A stretch of DNA of 64,000 bases. Origin: Candidatus Bathyarchaeota archaeon. GTDB taxonomy: Archaea; Thermoproteota; Bathyarchaeia; 40CM-2-53-6; RBG-13-38-9. Shown one piece after another: positions 20,100 to 30,039 of this stretch. The position numbers and the translations under genes are program-made. Position 1 is the first letter of the stretch; the number at the start of each line of letters is the position of its first letter. A model generated the notes under the pieces. The model was given only the letters and a program-made list of their open reading frames with translations. It was not told the origin of the DNA and did not search any database. The DNA lies in the NCBI GenBank assembly GCA_963807605.1, contig CAWECG010000003.1, forward strand, positions 768,001 to 832,000, written 5' to 3'.

Positions 20100-20373
20100 C
20101 AAACCCTAGACTAGTCTGCAGGTATAATAAAGAGGAATGTTAGCACGGGCCACATTAGGGTCTGTTTTACTTTGGATAGGCTTTTACGAGTTTCATGATT
20201 GCGACTACGAAGATTGTAGCAAAGATCAGCCATGGGAAGTGGTCCGCTTATGAAGGAACGAGGTGGTCATGTGATTCTTTCTGTAGAAGATGGAATTGTT
20301 CTGGTGCCCTGCACCCTTTGGTGTGCGAGCGCACAAACGATTGGCTTGCTAACGCTCATCGAGCATAAAGAAG

Positions 20374-20688
20374 TTACTTGTGCGTGTCCTTCCGGTCGTA
20401 CAATACAGTAGATTGGATGAGATCAGGTTGGCGATGCAACGGACCCTTCCTAGTCACGTAGACTGTCTTTCCATCTACCTTTATTCTGAGGCTATACCTT
20501 GCCCTTTCATCCTTCTCGATTCTGCGACTTCTCAACCTGAATGCGCGAGCTAAGTTAGCTGCCTTCTTATCGGATTCGCATGAAACCTTGAAACCATCAA
20601 GGATACCTTTTGAGACTAGCATGAGTTTCCGTTGCCGCTGACCGTAAGCTACGTACTTGTCAAAAGTTCCTGCGTCATACTCTCTCAA
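20374..20688 (-). CDS. hypothetical basic protein
   Basis: 104-aa ORF only. Confidence 0.4.
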   Translation of the reverse strand: MREYDAGTFDKYVAYGQRQRKLMLVSKGILDGFKVSCESDKKAANLARAFRLRSRRIEKDERARYSLRIKVDGKTVYVTRKGPLHRQPDLIQSTVLYDRKDTHK

Positions 20689-20899
20689 TTAGTATTATCT
20701 CCATCGCCGTAGAAGCGCGCGGTTGAGTGCAACTTCTCTCGCTTCTCAGTTAACGTTTCTAGCACATAAGATATACCGTATTGCAGATTCCTCGATGCTT
20801 AGACCAAAAACAATTAATCATATCCCCAGATTCAACTTGGCAAATTGCATTCGGTATACGCGAAGACAAGGTTCGGTTGGATAATCCTACTTGGTTTAG

Positions 20900-22063
20900 A
20901 TGTGTGAGGCGGAGTACTTGGTTGTAGTCTATGCGGGTAGATCAAGAACTCTCTTGGTCAGCTTCCTCTCTAGGTTCGCCTTCATCTTCTCAATGCAGGC
21001 TATGCCTCCGCTGTTTCCCATGGTGATGACTGAGTTCAAAGTGAGCTTCACCACGATGAGCAGCCTCCTATGGCTTGTTGCCGTTCCAGGCCTCTTCTTA
21101 TCGGTTCTAGGTGGCCTTCTGACTGAGAAGTACGGTGTAAGATCAATCCTTACTGTTGGGTTACTGATTTGTGTGGCAAGTTCTGTGCTAATCTTATTCT
21201 CGAACCTCTTTGTCATTTTGCAGTTCTGTCAGTTACTCTTGGGTGTCGGTGGGGCCTTGGCGGTGGTCTCTGCTTCGACCCTGCTCTTTCAATGGTTTGA
21301 GAAAGAGAAGCTAGGGTTAGCTATGGGCGTGTTTGGTTTCTGCATGCCGGCAGGTACTGTGGCAGCGTTTAACAGCCTAGGTGTCTTTGCCGACAGTCAC
21401 GGTTGGAGAGCTTCTATCCTAATCGTAGTCGCGGTGAACCTCTTTGCTTTGCTAGCATGTCTTTTATTGACAAAGGAGAAAGATAGCGCTCGTCCTGGCA
21501 AAGTTACTCTTGCCCCCTTTAGAAATGTCAACATCTGGATTTTGGGGTTGGGCTGGGCACTATTCAATATGGCAGTCTTAGGCTTTACAACATGGGGTAA
21601 GACGATCTTTGTCAGGTATTACGATCTGCCTATGGAGTTCTCAGGTCTGTTGGCGAGCATGATCATGCTGGGTGCTCTCGTGCAGCCTTTAACAGGTCAT
21701 GTCTCAGATATACTGGGTCAAAGAAGATCCTTAGTCGTCGTCTCTTGCATTGTCATATTCATGATCTTTCTTTTGTTCCCCTATGTGCCGTCGACCTATT
21801 TGTTGCCAATAACATTCACGTTGGGACTCCTAGTTGCTTTCGTTCCACCGCCACTATTTGTCACGTCTGGTAAGATTCTCGGACCGGGAAACGGAGCGCT
21901 GGGCCTTGGAGTTATGAACACTTTCCTAAACTTCGGCATAATCCTTGGTCCCTTGACACTAGGATATGTTCTGGATGTGACTAACAGTAATTTTTTCACT
22001 TTTCTAACAATGGCGTCTTTCGCTCTGCTTTCAGCCATATTGATTGCAGCCCACTATGACTGA
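20900..22063 (+). CDS. MFS transporter
   Basis: About 12 TM helices; GLLTEKYGVR and GHVSDILGQRR motif A copies; WFEKEKLGLAMG. Confidence 0.9.
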   Translation: MCEAEYLVVVYAGRSRTLLVSFLSRFAFIFSMQAMPPLFPMVMTEFKVSFTTMSSLLWLVAVPGLFLSVLGGLLTEKYGVRSILTVGLLICVASSVLILFSNLFVILQFCQLLLGVGGALAVVSASTLLFQWFEKEKLGLAMGVFGFCMPAGTVAAFNSLGVFADSHGWRASILIVVAVNLFALLACLLLTKEKDSARPGKVTLAPFRNVNIWILGLGWALFNMAVLGFTTWGKTIFVRYYDLPMEFSGLLASMIMLGALVQPLTGHVSDILGQRRSLVVVSCIVIFMIFLLFPYVPSTYLLPITFTLGLLVAFVPPPLFVTSGKILGPGNGALGLGVMNTFLNFGIILGPLTLGYVLDVTNSNFFTFLTMASFALLSAILIAAHYD

Positions 22064-22555
22064 TGCATATGTGTGCACTCAAAAATTCAGCTAAGGAAGA
22101 GGGAACTAAGTTTTGCATCAATTGTAATGCATGTCCCCCCTAAGGCGACCTTCTCTCTAGGATGTGGAGCGAAAAAATTAACCCAGGATTAGTGCGCATT
22201 TGGGATGATTGAATTCCACTGCCAAACACTACCTTGTATGAATCCAGACGTTAGAAGTAACATGTTCTGTTTTCAATGCTGTAAAACCCAGTAGCCACAT
22301 TCTAACTTCACATTCCAATTGGACGCTTTATTATCTGCGGAGTGCGAGAGAATGAAAGACTCGAAGGTTATGAAACCAGTTCAAATGGCCCTTATGTTCT
22401 ACAAAACGCAGAAAGATGCACGCGCGTAGAATCTGAACGCGCCTCGCTGATTCACCGAAACCAATTCACAACGTACGCTCACCAGCTGGCGGGCGCTGAC
22501 ACACACTCAATGCTTATTAGCGATAGATCCTAATTCCATGACGAGCTGACTTTGC

Positions 22556-23011
22556 ATGTCAATCAAGATCGGCGATGAAGTGACGATTCATTTTACTGCC
22601 AAACTCGAGAATGGCAAAGTAGCGGAAACTACGAGTGGCAACAAACCGCAAAGTTACAGGATTGGTTCAGGTGCATTGCTGCCGGGTTTGGAGGAAGCTT
22701 TGATTGGATTGAAGAAAGGCGACAGGCGAAAGATAAAGATCCCTCCAAACAAAGGATTTGGAAAGAGAAGAGAGGATCTCCTAGATGAAATTCCTAAATC
22801 CATATTTAAGAAAGGGGTACATTTTTCAAAAGGAATGTTAGTCGAGCTAAATTCCAAAGAGGGTGGCAAGATCTTAGCCGTCGTTCGCACCGTGAAGAAG
22901 AACTCAATAATTGTAGACCTCAATCATCCCTACGCAGGGCGAACCTTGAGTTTTGATATCGAAGTTGTAAAAGTGTCGGCTCAGCAGTTGACACAAGTGA
23001 AGAGCACATAA
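22556..23011 (+). CDS. FKBP-type peptidyl-prolyl isomerase (SlyD-like)
   Basis: GDEVTIHF, LPGLEEAL.G, IPP.KGFG, VDLNHPYAG.TL.F. Confidence 0.9.
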   Translation: MSIKIGDEVTIHFTAKLENGKVAETTSGNKPQSYRIGSGALLPGLEEALIGLKKGDRRKIKIPPNKGFGKRREDLLDEIPKSIFKKGVHFSKGMLVELNSKEGGKILAVVRTVKKNSIIVDLNHPYAGRTLSFDIEVVKVSAQQLTQVKST

Positions 23012-23229
23012 GCTTAACAGTCTTCTGCCAGTACTACTCACGAGGCGCCGCCTTCTGCCCTCCACCTGTCCAATTCCCATTTCGAATGATTCAGATAGTA
23101 TTTCAGGAGCTCTTTTACTCGTGTCTCTAAGCCCATTTCGTGTACCCGGTACGGTCGTCGCGTTTTGGAAGCCTGCATGGATAATTGTGATTACCCGTAT
23201 GATGGAAAAGTGATGCAAGAGGAAGTAGA

Positions 23230-23742
23230 ATGCCCCTAATGAAAAAGAGGGTAATCCTAGGAGTAGCCATTATTCTGTTTTCGATCTTTCTTGCGACTTT
23301 ACTACTAAATCCCTTCTCGGTAAAACCTAAGCCAATGACTCAGGAAGAAAGAGAAGCCGATCAGTCAGTACTGGTCTACTATGAGACTCTACGCAATGTG
23401 ACTATGCCAGATCAAATAGATCACATTGTTCAACTATTCACTAACGATTCGGTTATCACTGCTCCAGATGGAAAAATATACAGTGGTACAGAAATGATAC
23501 GACAGTTCTATGAAGACCGAGTGCGAGGTGTATTCCAGTATGACATCAAAGCCGATCTTTCTGAGGTCACAGTTAGTGATGGCACAGCCACAATAGTCTA
23601 TCATACTAAGTCCGTAGCATGGGTTCCTGGCTGGTCTAGTACCACTATAAACCCGCCTATTCATGTTCTTCTTGAGAAATTCTTGTTGGTTAGAGAAGCA
23701 GGTGTCTGGAAGATCGCTGCACTAGTGATGCAAAGCGAATAA
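23230..23742 (+). CDS. membrane-anchored NTF2/SnoaL-like protein
   Basis: N-terminal TM; LFTNDSV..APDG..YSG...IRQFY; REAGVWKI. Confidence 0.8.
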   Translation: MPLMKKRVILGVAIILFSIFLATLLLNPFSVKPKPMTQEEREADQSVLVYYETLRNVTMPDQIDHIVQLFTNDSVITAPDGKIYSGTEMIRQFYEDRVRGVFQYDIKADLSEVTVSDGTATIVYHTKSVAWVPGWSSTTINPPIHVLLEKFLLVREAGVWKIAALVMQSE

Positions 23743-23903
23743 TCTTGACGTTGCATTGCTAATCCATTCGGCTCTCGCCGAGAAGGCGCGCGCTACCGCT
23801 TGCCCAACTCGAAACAACATATCAAGCAATGAGTTACGCGCGGGCATCAGCCAATCTCAGTTTTATATGGTTCGTGGTCTTCTTTTCTGGTGGAGGCAGC
23901 TGT

Positions 23904-24257
23904 ATGAAAGTGATTAGAATAGACGAAGTTGCAGCAGAGAGACATACCGGAGGCTTATTTCTAGGCACCGCGGAGTTGAAAACACTCGTCGGTGAGTCAA
24001 CAGGTGCTAGGGATCTAAATGTATCCATAGTCGCCTTCCCACCTGGTGTAAAAAACAAACCTCACGTACATATGTACGATCAAGCGCTCTATATACTGTC
24101 AGGCAAAGGCGTAGTCGCTAATGAAAAGGAAGAGATAATCGCAGAGCCCGGGATGGTTTTCTTCATCCCAGGAGGCGAGAAGCATTGGCACGGTGCAACC
24201 AAAGAGAATTCGTTCTCGCACATATCAATCATGAGGCCGGGCAAGACTGAGTTCTAG
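23904..24257 (+). CDS. cupin domain protein
   Basis: PHVHMYDQ.LYILSGKG and PGGEKHWHGA; ATG after GGAGG. Confidence 0.88.
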   Translation: MKVIRIDEVAAERHTGGLFLGTAELKTLVGESTGARDLNVSIVAFPPGVKNKPHVHMYDQALYILSGKGVVANEKEEIIAEPGMVFFIPGGEKHWHGATKENSFSHISIMRPGKTEF

Positions 24258-24354
24258 TTACACCCGTGTGACAATTTGACTTTTCAACTGGCTGTAATGC
24301 CGCAATCGTTATGTGATGATGCATCTCTATTCCAATCCGGCCAGCGGATGGTGG

Positions 24355-24368
24355 CCTTAGCTGGTGAG
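24355..24368. repeat. target-site repeat copy 1 (degenerate, distal)
   Basis: CCTTAGCTGGTGAG, 13/14 identical to the copies at 28420 and 37414. Confidence 0.85.
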
Positions 24369-24436
24369 CACACACAATAGCCGATTATCCAATTACGTTA
24401 CCATTGATAGAACACAAACGGTTCTTACCTTATTCC

Positions 24437-25105
24437 TCACAGAAATGTGAGTAGCTCAGGTAGATCATGAATTCGTACCGTCGCCACCTTCGCCAGTTCT
24501 TCATCACTATTGACGGCCACAGCCAATCCGGCGTTCTTCAAGAATCTGACATCGTACCTGCTGTCCCCTACGCACACACAATCGCTCTTGCTTATGTGCA
24601 TATCATCGAGTACATGATCGAGCGCTTCGTCCTTGCGGTTGAGGTCAACCCTAAAGATCCCGTTTCCGGTCAGAAATCCATCTCTGTCGGTTTGAAGTCC
24701 GTTAGCCACAGCAACATCGACTCCAAGCAGCGAGGCAACCTGATCAGTAAGAAGATCCAGCCCCGCGGAGATGATGACGACTTTGTATCCCCTCTGTTTT
24801 ATTTGTTGGACAACTTCCTTGGCATGAGGCGTCAGGGTGAAACTCGACAATATCGCCTTGATTTGTGAGATATGGAGCCTTCTGGGCCAGAGAGAGATAT
24901 CACGACGCATGAACTCTTCGTAGTCGATCCGTGCCTGTATATATGAAGCTAGGTTCGGAGCAGCCTTCTCTACGGTTCCAAAGTGGCCATGAATCCTCAA
25001 TCAACTACTTTTCTCGTTTACTAGAGTTCCATCCAAGTCAAAAGTAACAAGGCGGAACTTAATGGATGTATGGCCGGTGTCGTGTCTATTTGTGAAGCTC
25101 CTCAT
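24437..25105 (-). pseudogene. HAD-IB phosphoserine-phosphatase-like protein with in-frame TGA
   Basis: ATG at 25105, FDLDGTL motif I, then SS*L (TGA at 25001-25003, where homologues usually have Trp), ISAG, VGDSRYD. Confidence 0.85.
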
Positions 25106-26195
25106 CATTCGCCGACCGGTTGTAATCCTTTTTCCGTGCGTTCGAGTTTGATCGTCCAGTAAGGTGCGAACCCCTCAAATTCATCAGATGTCGCTCGTAC
25201 TTTGATAGTCAGGCCCTTTGAGTCGAATTCATACACCGAATAGCAATTTTTCCCTATTATTCCGAGATCCTCTCTAACGACACCACTGCTCCCAGTTCCA
25301 TGAACTGCAAGAGATTGAGATGATTGATATTCGTTGTTCTTCGGAGGTCGAGAGATACAAGATACGAACGGTTGATGACGATGACCATGCGAGACTATGT
25401 CGACATTCAATTGCAGTGCCTTGTACATCAGCTGTCCCGCGTCCAAAGTCAGATCATAATTCCGGCTCAGTGTCGTTATTTCTTCTACTGGTGTGGCTGG
25501 GATAAGATGATGATGCATTGTCATGATTCTATACATTACACGTTGTCCGTCTACCTTCCAGTTGAGCGAGCTGGCGGCCTGTTCAAGTTGCTCTAGACCC
25601 ACAAACCCGTAGCCTGCGAATTGCCGGTCTTCTAGCCGGGTTGAGTTTAGCCCCAGCACATCAACTGTAACGTAATTGCTAAGTAAGTATCGGCGCCCCA
25701 ATGTGAGATGCTGGTTCGGAGGCAATCCGAACGCTGCCAAGAAGAAATCAACATAGTTCTTCTGCGCGACTTCGCTTGAGAATTGAACAGGCTTCTCTGG
25801 ATCGTACTTGTCATCTTCCTGCTCAGCCCATAGAATATCGTGATTACCAGGCACAACGATGAGATCATAATAAGGGTCCAGTTCAAAGATGGTCCTTAGC
25901 GTTGACGCGCGCGCGTGCCAATCGGATCCTCTGTGTCGGATACTTTGATGTCTTTCACTTTTGCTCTGTACGTCAGATGTTTCCCGCTATCCAGCAAGTA
26001 GACGACTAATGGCTCAGTCGTGCGAGCGGTTGTCGTGAAATCTGCAAACACGGCGCGCGGAATCTTTTCTTTGGGAAGTGCCCACCATCCCCACCAAACG
26101 TAACCGTGTTGAGTGATTAAATCTCGGTGCAGCTTTATTGTGAACCCTAGTTGGGTAGCAAGATCTCGGAATCTCAACACCATCGATGTCGGCAT
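25105..26195 (-). pseudogene. metallophosphoesterase with N-terminal WWGWW domain, internally deleted
   Basis: 5' part (GYVWWGWW) ends at (CG)5 at 25906-25915; another frame resumes with DLIVVPGNHD, HHH, HGHRH; the DxH and GD motifs are missing. Confidence 0.7.
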
Positions 26196-26324
26196 TAATC
26201 CTTACCTGTTTAGAGCGAGTAATGACCTGCTGTCAGCCATCTAGCGCGCGCTAGGGTTAGAGATGTCTTTTCCATATGGCTATTGGTGCCACATTTCAAA
26301 TAAGCATTGTCAGCACACGTCAAC

Positions 26325-27212
26325 CTAGCTACGCACGCATACTTTCTGCCGCCATACTAACCCGCACACAAATCGGGGGCAGTACAGATTTTTCCGGTAT
26401 CGATCGTACTTCATACGCTTCCCACAGTTAGGGCAGTTGAAGAAGCCCTCCCAACCGCAGGTCAAACCATCCTGGCAGGAGAAAACCCCAGATTTGGTAT
26501 AGATCAGCTTGCTTCCGCAGTCTGGGCATTCATATTGGGGTGGGTGGTCTTCCATCCACCGTTTGGCTTGTGGTTTTCCCGATTGTATATTCTCGTAGGC
26601 CAACCAGCCGTCAACTTTCTGAATAATGTCCTCCCCCAAAGTTGGGAAGGCGTAATTCGGATAATGCTCCACATTGTATTCCCTGCGGTCTTTGTAGTCG
26701 TCAGCGGTCAATTCTTTGTGCATGAATTCCTCAAAAGTCAATCCAAGTCGTTGCAGGTGTTGCCTTATTTCGCCCAGTTTTTCAGGGGCTTCGGATAGAA
26801 CCTTCTCCACGAGCCCTAGCATTTTTGCTCGGTCATGCGACGCCTCATATTCTTCGAGTATTCGCTGGAATTTCCAGGCTTCACGTCGATGATGATCCCT
26901 TTCCAGCTCGGTTAGGTATTTCGCCTTTGCAAGCTCCTCTAGATTTGTTGCTGTTTTGACTTCAATCTTCAACTTTTCAAGCTCTTCGTCTGTGGGAGTC
27001 TGCGAGGCCTCTGCTTTGGATTCTTCTTCCTCAGCTTTCTTGAGCTTTTGAAATTGGCGGAATATCGTTGACTTTGGCGTGTCAAGCTTTTCTGCAAGAG
27101 ATCTCAACGAAGCGAGCCCTGCCTTCCATTCTAAGTAGGCCTTTCTCAACTTGTTCTCACCTGGTTGGAAATTTGCGTCATTGAGTCCCGTACTTCGTTC
27201 AAGGAGAGTCAT
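26325..27212 (-). CDS. HTH + coiled coil + double zinc-ribbon protein
   Basis: SLRSLAEKLDTPKSTIFRQF HTH; CPDC...C...C and CPNC...CP..C. Confidence 0.75.
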   Translation of the reverse strand: MTLLERSTGLNDANFQPGENKLRKAYLEWKAGLASLRSLAEKLDTPKSTIFRQFQKLKKAEEEESKAEASQTPTDEELEKLKIEVKTATNLEELAKAKYLTELERDHHRREAWKFQRILEEYEASHDRAKMLGLVEKVLSEAPEKLGEIRQHLQRLGLTFEEFMHKELTADDYKDRREYNVEHYPNYAFPTLGEDIIQKVDGWLAYENIQSGKPQAKRWMEDHPPQYECPDCGSKLIYTKSGVFSCQDGLTCGWEGFFNCPNCGKRMKYDRYRKNLYCPRFVCGLVWRQKVCVRS

Positions 27213-27612
27213 GTGATCACCGTTAATTCAAGACTATTTAGCTATTTCCAGTTCATTTATAAGGCTTTTTGAAGTAAAAATGAATAATAAAGAGTAATAT
27301 GTTGAAATAAATAAGAAATCATTGAAATAATCAACAATCATGAAAATAAGCACTTCTTAAATTAAGGAAAGATGAATTCCCAAAAAATAAACAGGGACAA
27401 CCCGTTCGTGCATACACTGACAACCGCATCCGTCTGTAGGCTGAGGGAGGGAGACAAAGATTATCGGGGCATGTTCGACTTTTGACGGAACGTGCGCAGC
27501 TATTCTTTCTTGGAAGTGGTTCCCCACAGAATTCAAAAGGACACACTGATTCCAGATTATCAGCACGAATCAAGGTTGCACATACACGTAGTGGAGCACT
27601 ATGACCCCCACT

Positions 27613-27768
27613 GGGACAACCGGGACAATGAGGACAATGGGACACTAGAATCTGATGGAAAATCGGAGTCTTATGTATTGAAAAGATTTTTTGAATCATC
27701 TAAAAAAGTACTTGGGACACGTGAAACATGTGGAACATGGCAGGACATGTCAAAACAGAATGGGACAT
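27613..27768. repeat. iteron-like 9-10 bp periodic GGGACA/GGAACA repeats
   Basis: gggacaacc-gggacaatg-aggacaatg-ggacac (27613-27645) and gggacacgt-gaaacatgt-ggaacatgg-caggacatgt...gggacat (27714-27768). Confidence 0.75.
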
Positions 27769-27813
27769 AAGGCGGCTTAATCAGAGAAAGAAGCCAGGAA
27801 CGTCAAGGTAATA

Positions 27814-28176
27814 GTGTTGCTCTTGGCTGACGAAACACAAAACAGAACGTACTCGAAAGGCCAGCTAAACAAGATTATCGACTCAGTCGTGCATCCCCTT
27901 TTCAAAAAAGATGCCAAATTCATCATAGTTGACAGCGCTCTCCACGCACTTGTCGAACAAAATCCCACCCTCTCGATAAGTAAATTCCTCAAATACAACC
28001 TCCAAGAGATTGTCCAACAAACAGTTGGAAAAGACAAACTCAGAAAAAAGAGAGTTGACAGCCTCATAAGACAGTTAAGGAAATTGTCTAGAGAATACCA
28101 GAGCATCCCAAGAAGACGCGTGCGTTCTGGCGGCAAAGCATCAAATGCCGCGCGCGGGTCGACAACCTCGACGTAA
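27814..28176 (+). pseudogene. hypothetical protein fragment
   Basis: Upstream in-frame ATG cut off by a TAA (MGHKAA*SEKEARNVKVIV); the tail runs into GC-alternating tracts. Confidence 0.45.
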
Positions 28177-28317
28177 CTTTTTTTAAGATGCCACCAAAAC
28201 GAACATAACTGTGTTTAGACGATGAATAATCGGACTGTGGCAGGGTCTCTCCTACTAGTCGGCAGCGCCCAATACATCATTAGTATGATTGTGGCGGAGT
28301 CTGTATACCGCGCGCGC

Positions 28318-28410
28318 TTCTCATTTTTCCAGTTTTGTTGCCCTTCTTGAATTTGCGTTCAGGATGTTCAATGTAGTCTTCAACCATCTTATCCAGTGTA
28401 TTCCAGTATT
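28318..28410 (-). pseudogene. short remnant resembling the C-terminal region of casposon family B DNA polymerase
   Basis: Translates QYWNTLDKMVEDYIEHPERKFKKGNKTGKMR, resembling the YW..L....Y..HPE.K...G..G..RRH pattern I recall from casposon PolBs. Confidence 0.5.
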
Positions 28411-28419
28411 GTGTGTGTG

Positions 28420-28433
28420 CTTTAGCTGGTGAG
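28420..28433. repeat. target-site repeat copy 2, shared by elements A and B
   Basis: CTTTAGCTGGTGAG between (TG)n and (CGA)4. Confidence 0.92.
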
Positions 28434-29894
28434 CGACGACGACGAAACATTAATTCTGTGAGGGAATACCGGGTAGCACTGTGAAACGATTTCGAGTATT
28501 CTGTCGACTATGCGACAAACATCCGGAATAACATCGGGCAGGCTGCGTGGAGAGCCTCTTGGAATCCTGTGAAGTCTATGAAGTGGATTACCGCAGAGCG
28601 CAAATTCCGCATCACGCAATCCGCCCCAATGTCCATGAGAAAAAGTTGACATCCAAGAATAGAAGCAGTCGTACACATCTTTGGCACCGGCCTCTATACT
28701 GATCTTTCTGAGGTCTGCGTTCGCCCAGTGACCCAGTTCAATGGGCAAGAATTCTTGCCAGATGTCTTCGTTGGCGAGTGCTCGAAGCGTATCCGTATTT
28801 ACATAGCTCGATTTCTCGTTCAGGTGGTTCAGTTTTAGGTAGGATAACTTCACTTGGCCAGCGCCAAAGATCCTATATGATTTCCAGAGGTCATCCGTGT
28901 CTTTCACTGCTAGATACTTCAAAGTGATGTAACACTCCACAATAGTTCTAAGAATAATGCGCCCAGAAATGGAGTGGCTCAGGTGATTTCTGCACAGTTC
29001 CACGACTAAGCTGAGACAATAAAGCGCGATACCGAAAGTGGTGTCGTGGCGTGGATCTAATGCCGTTGTCGTTCTAGATTTGTTGCAGTGTTCCAAAAGG
29101 AGATCGTAAAGTTCCTTCACACGACTATCGGTACCCTCAAGGCTGTGCTCACTCGCTTGGACTTCTGGGATAGAATAGCAAGGAGTGTCACGCAGACATT
29201 GCTGCCAGAACGTGGCAGGCCATCTTCTGATCGTTTTATCAACTTGCCTGAAGGTTATTTCCATTGAGCGAATCGTCGGTTTGACTTTTCGCTGGTCTCC
29301 ACGGTCAGGGTAAAATAGGATTTCTTCTGCTATCTCTCTGTGTTCAGAAGAAAATTTTATTTTCCTAGAGACCATCATGCACAGCACTCTCACCCATCGG
29401 CAGTCCGTCGATTCTTGCGATTGATGATTGAGTATACTTGCCACAGCAAGCATTAGCGCCTCCCAATCTGTGCTCGAAGGAGAATCCTTGATCTTACTTG
29501 CCCATTCTCTTCTAGAGGGAATGTCCAACAGAAGAAGAGGCCTGAGTATGCGTCTATGTTCGTCGACTTCGACAAGAATATCTAGAATTTCATCGAGAAC
29601 AGGTGGTCTTAGATTCGAAAGACCAGTGTGTGTTATGTCGTCAGGGCGATCATTCCCCTGAAACTCAGCTACATATTTCACTATTTTTCGCAATACTGTC
29701 AAAGCATCTGGGCGAGGAAGATGTGAGAGCAAAAGTGACGTCCAAATGAACTCAGGTAGAAAGTCATCGATCCATGACATTGGCTGCAAATTCGGAATAG
29801 TTGCAAGCGACGGAATTAGGGTACCCTTGCTTAGCTTGTGCTGATCAATTGTTGAGTGATCATTCTTTGAAAGTGGTGTGCCTTGATTGGTCAA
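28422..29894 (-). CDS. DUF5677-like protein (cargo)
   Basis: 490 aa; IILRTIVE.YI, Y...S.FSHG.W helical C-terminal motifs; its stop lies in the target repeat. Confidence 0.65.
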   Translation of the reverse strand: MTNQGTPLSKNDHSTIDQHKLSKGTLIPSLATIPNLQPMSWIDDFLPEFIWTSLLLSHLPRPDALTVLRKIVKYVAEFQGNDRPDDITHTGLSNLRPPVLDEILDILVEVDEHRRILRPLLLLDIPSRREWASKIKDSPSSTDWEALMLAVASILNHQSQESTDCRWVRVLCMMVSRKIKFSSEHREIAEEILFYPDRGDQRKVKPTIRSMEITFRQVDKTIRRWPATFWQQCLRDTPCYSIPEVQASEHSLEGTDSRVKELYDLLLEHCNKSRTTTALDPRHDTTFGIALYCLSLVVELCRNHLSHSISGRIILRTIVECYITLKYLAVKDTDDLWKSYRIFGAGQVKLSYLKLNHLNEKSSYVNTDTLRALANEDIWQEFLPIELGHWANADLRKISIEAGAKDVYDCFYSWMSTFSHGHWGGLRDAEFALCGNPLHRLHRIPRGSPRSLPDVIPDVCRIVDRILEIVSQCYPVFPHRINVSSSSLTS

Positions 29895-30039
29895 AGTTAT
29901 TCTTCCTCAAGCTTATGCTAATCACAAGGTGAACTAATCACATACTCTCGCTGATCAAGTTGAAGTCTCCACATCTGTAACACTTTGGAGGTTGTTTTAC
30001 ACGAACACGCCCGCGAGTAGGGACGCCAATAGCTCCTTC

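Larger units (their letters stand above)
24369..28419. mobile_element. decayed casposon-like element A (4051 bp) with (CA)n termini
   Basis: Left end (CA)4ATA at 24369-24379, right end inverted (CA)5ATA at 28407-28419, both directly abutting 14-bp repeats; internal genes broken. Confidence 0.75.

Noticed and set aside
22478-22487. Inverted 10-bp match CTCACCAGCT to the target repeat
   Set aside because: Wrong orientation, partial, and not abutting a matching terminus; plausible by chance
24313-24367. Possible C/D box sRNA (GTGATGA...GTGA) overlapping the distal repeat
   Set aside because: D, D' and C' boxes all deviate from consensus and I cannot verify a guide target
8024-25003. Genome-wide TGA recoding or selenocysteine
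   Set aside because: TGA ends many clearly complete genes here (e.g. 6544, 10930); neither site is a Cys position and no SECIS was seen
27331-27770. ORFs across the GGGACA repeat region
   Set aside because: Low-complexity translations of DNA repeats with no recognisable motif
28421-28432. Alternative 12-bp TSD with termini starting in G
   Set aside because: The outer C and G are also present in the host-side flanks, so 14 bp is more parsimonious and fits known casposases; a 1-bp shift cannot be excluded
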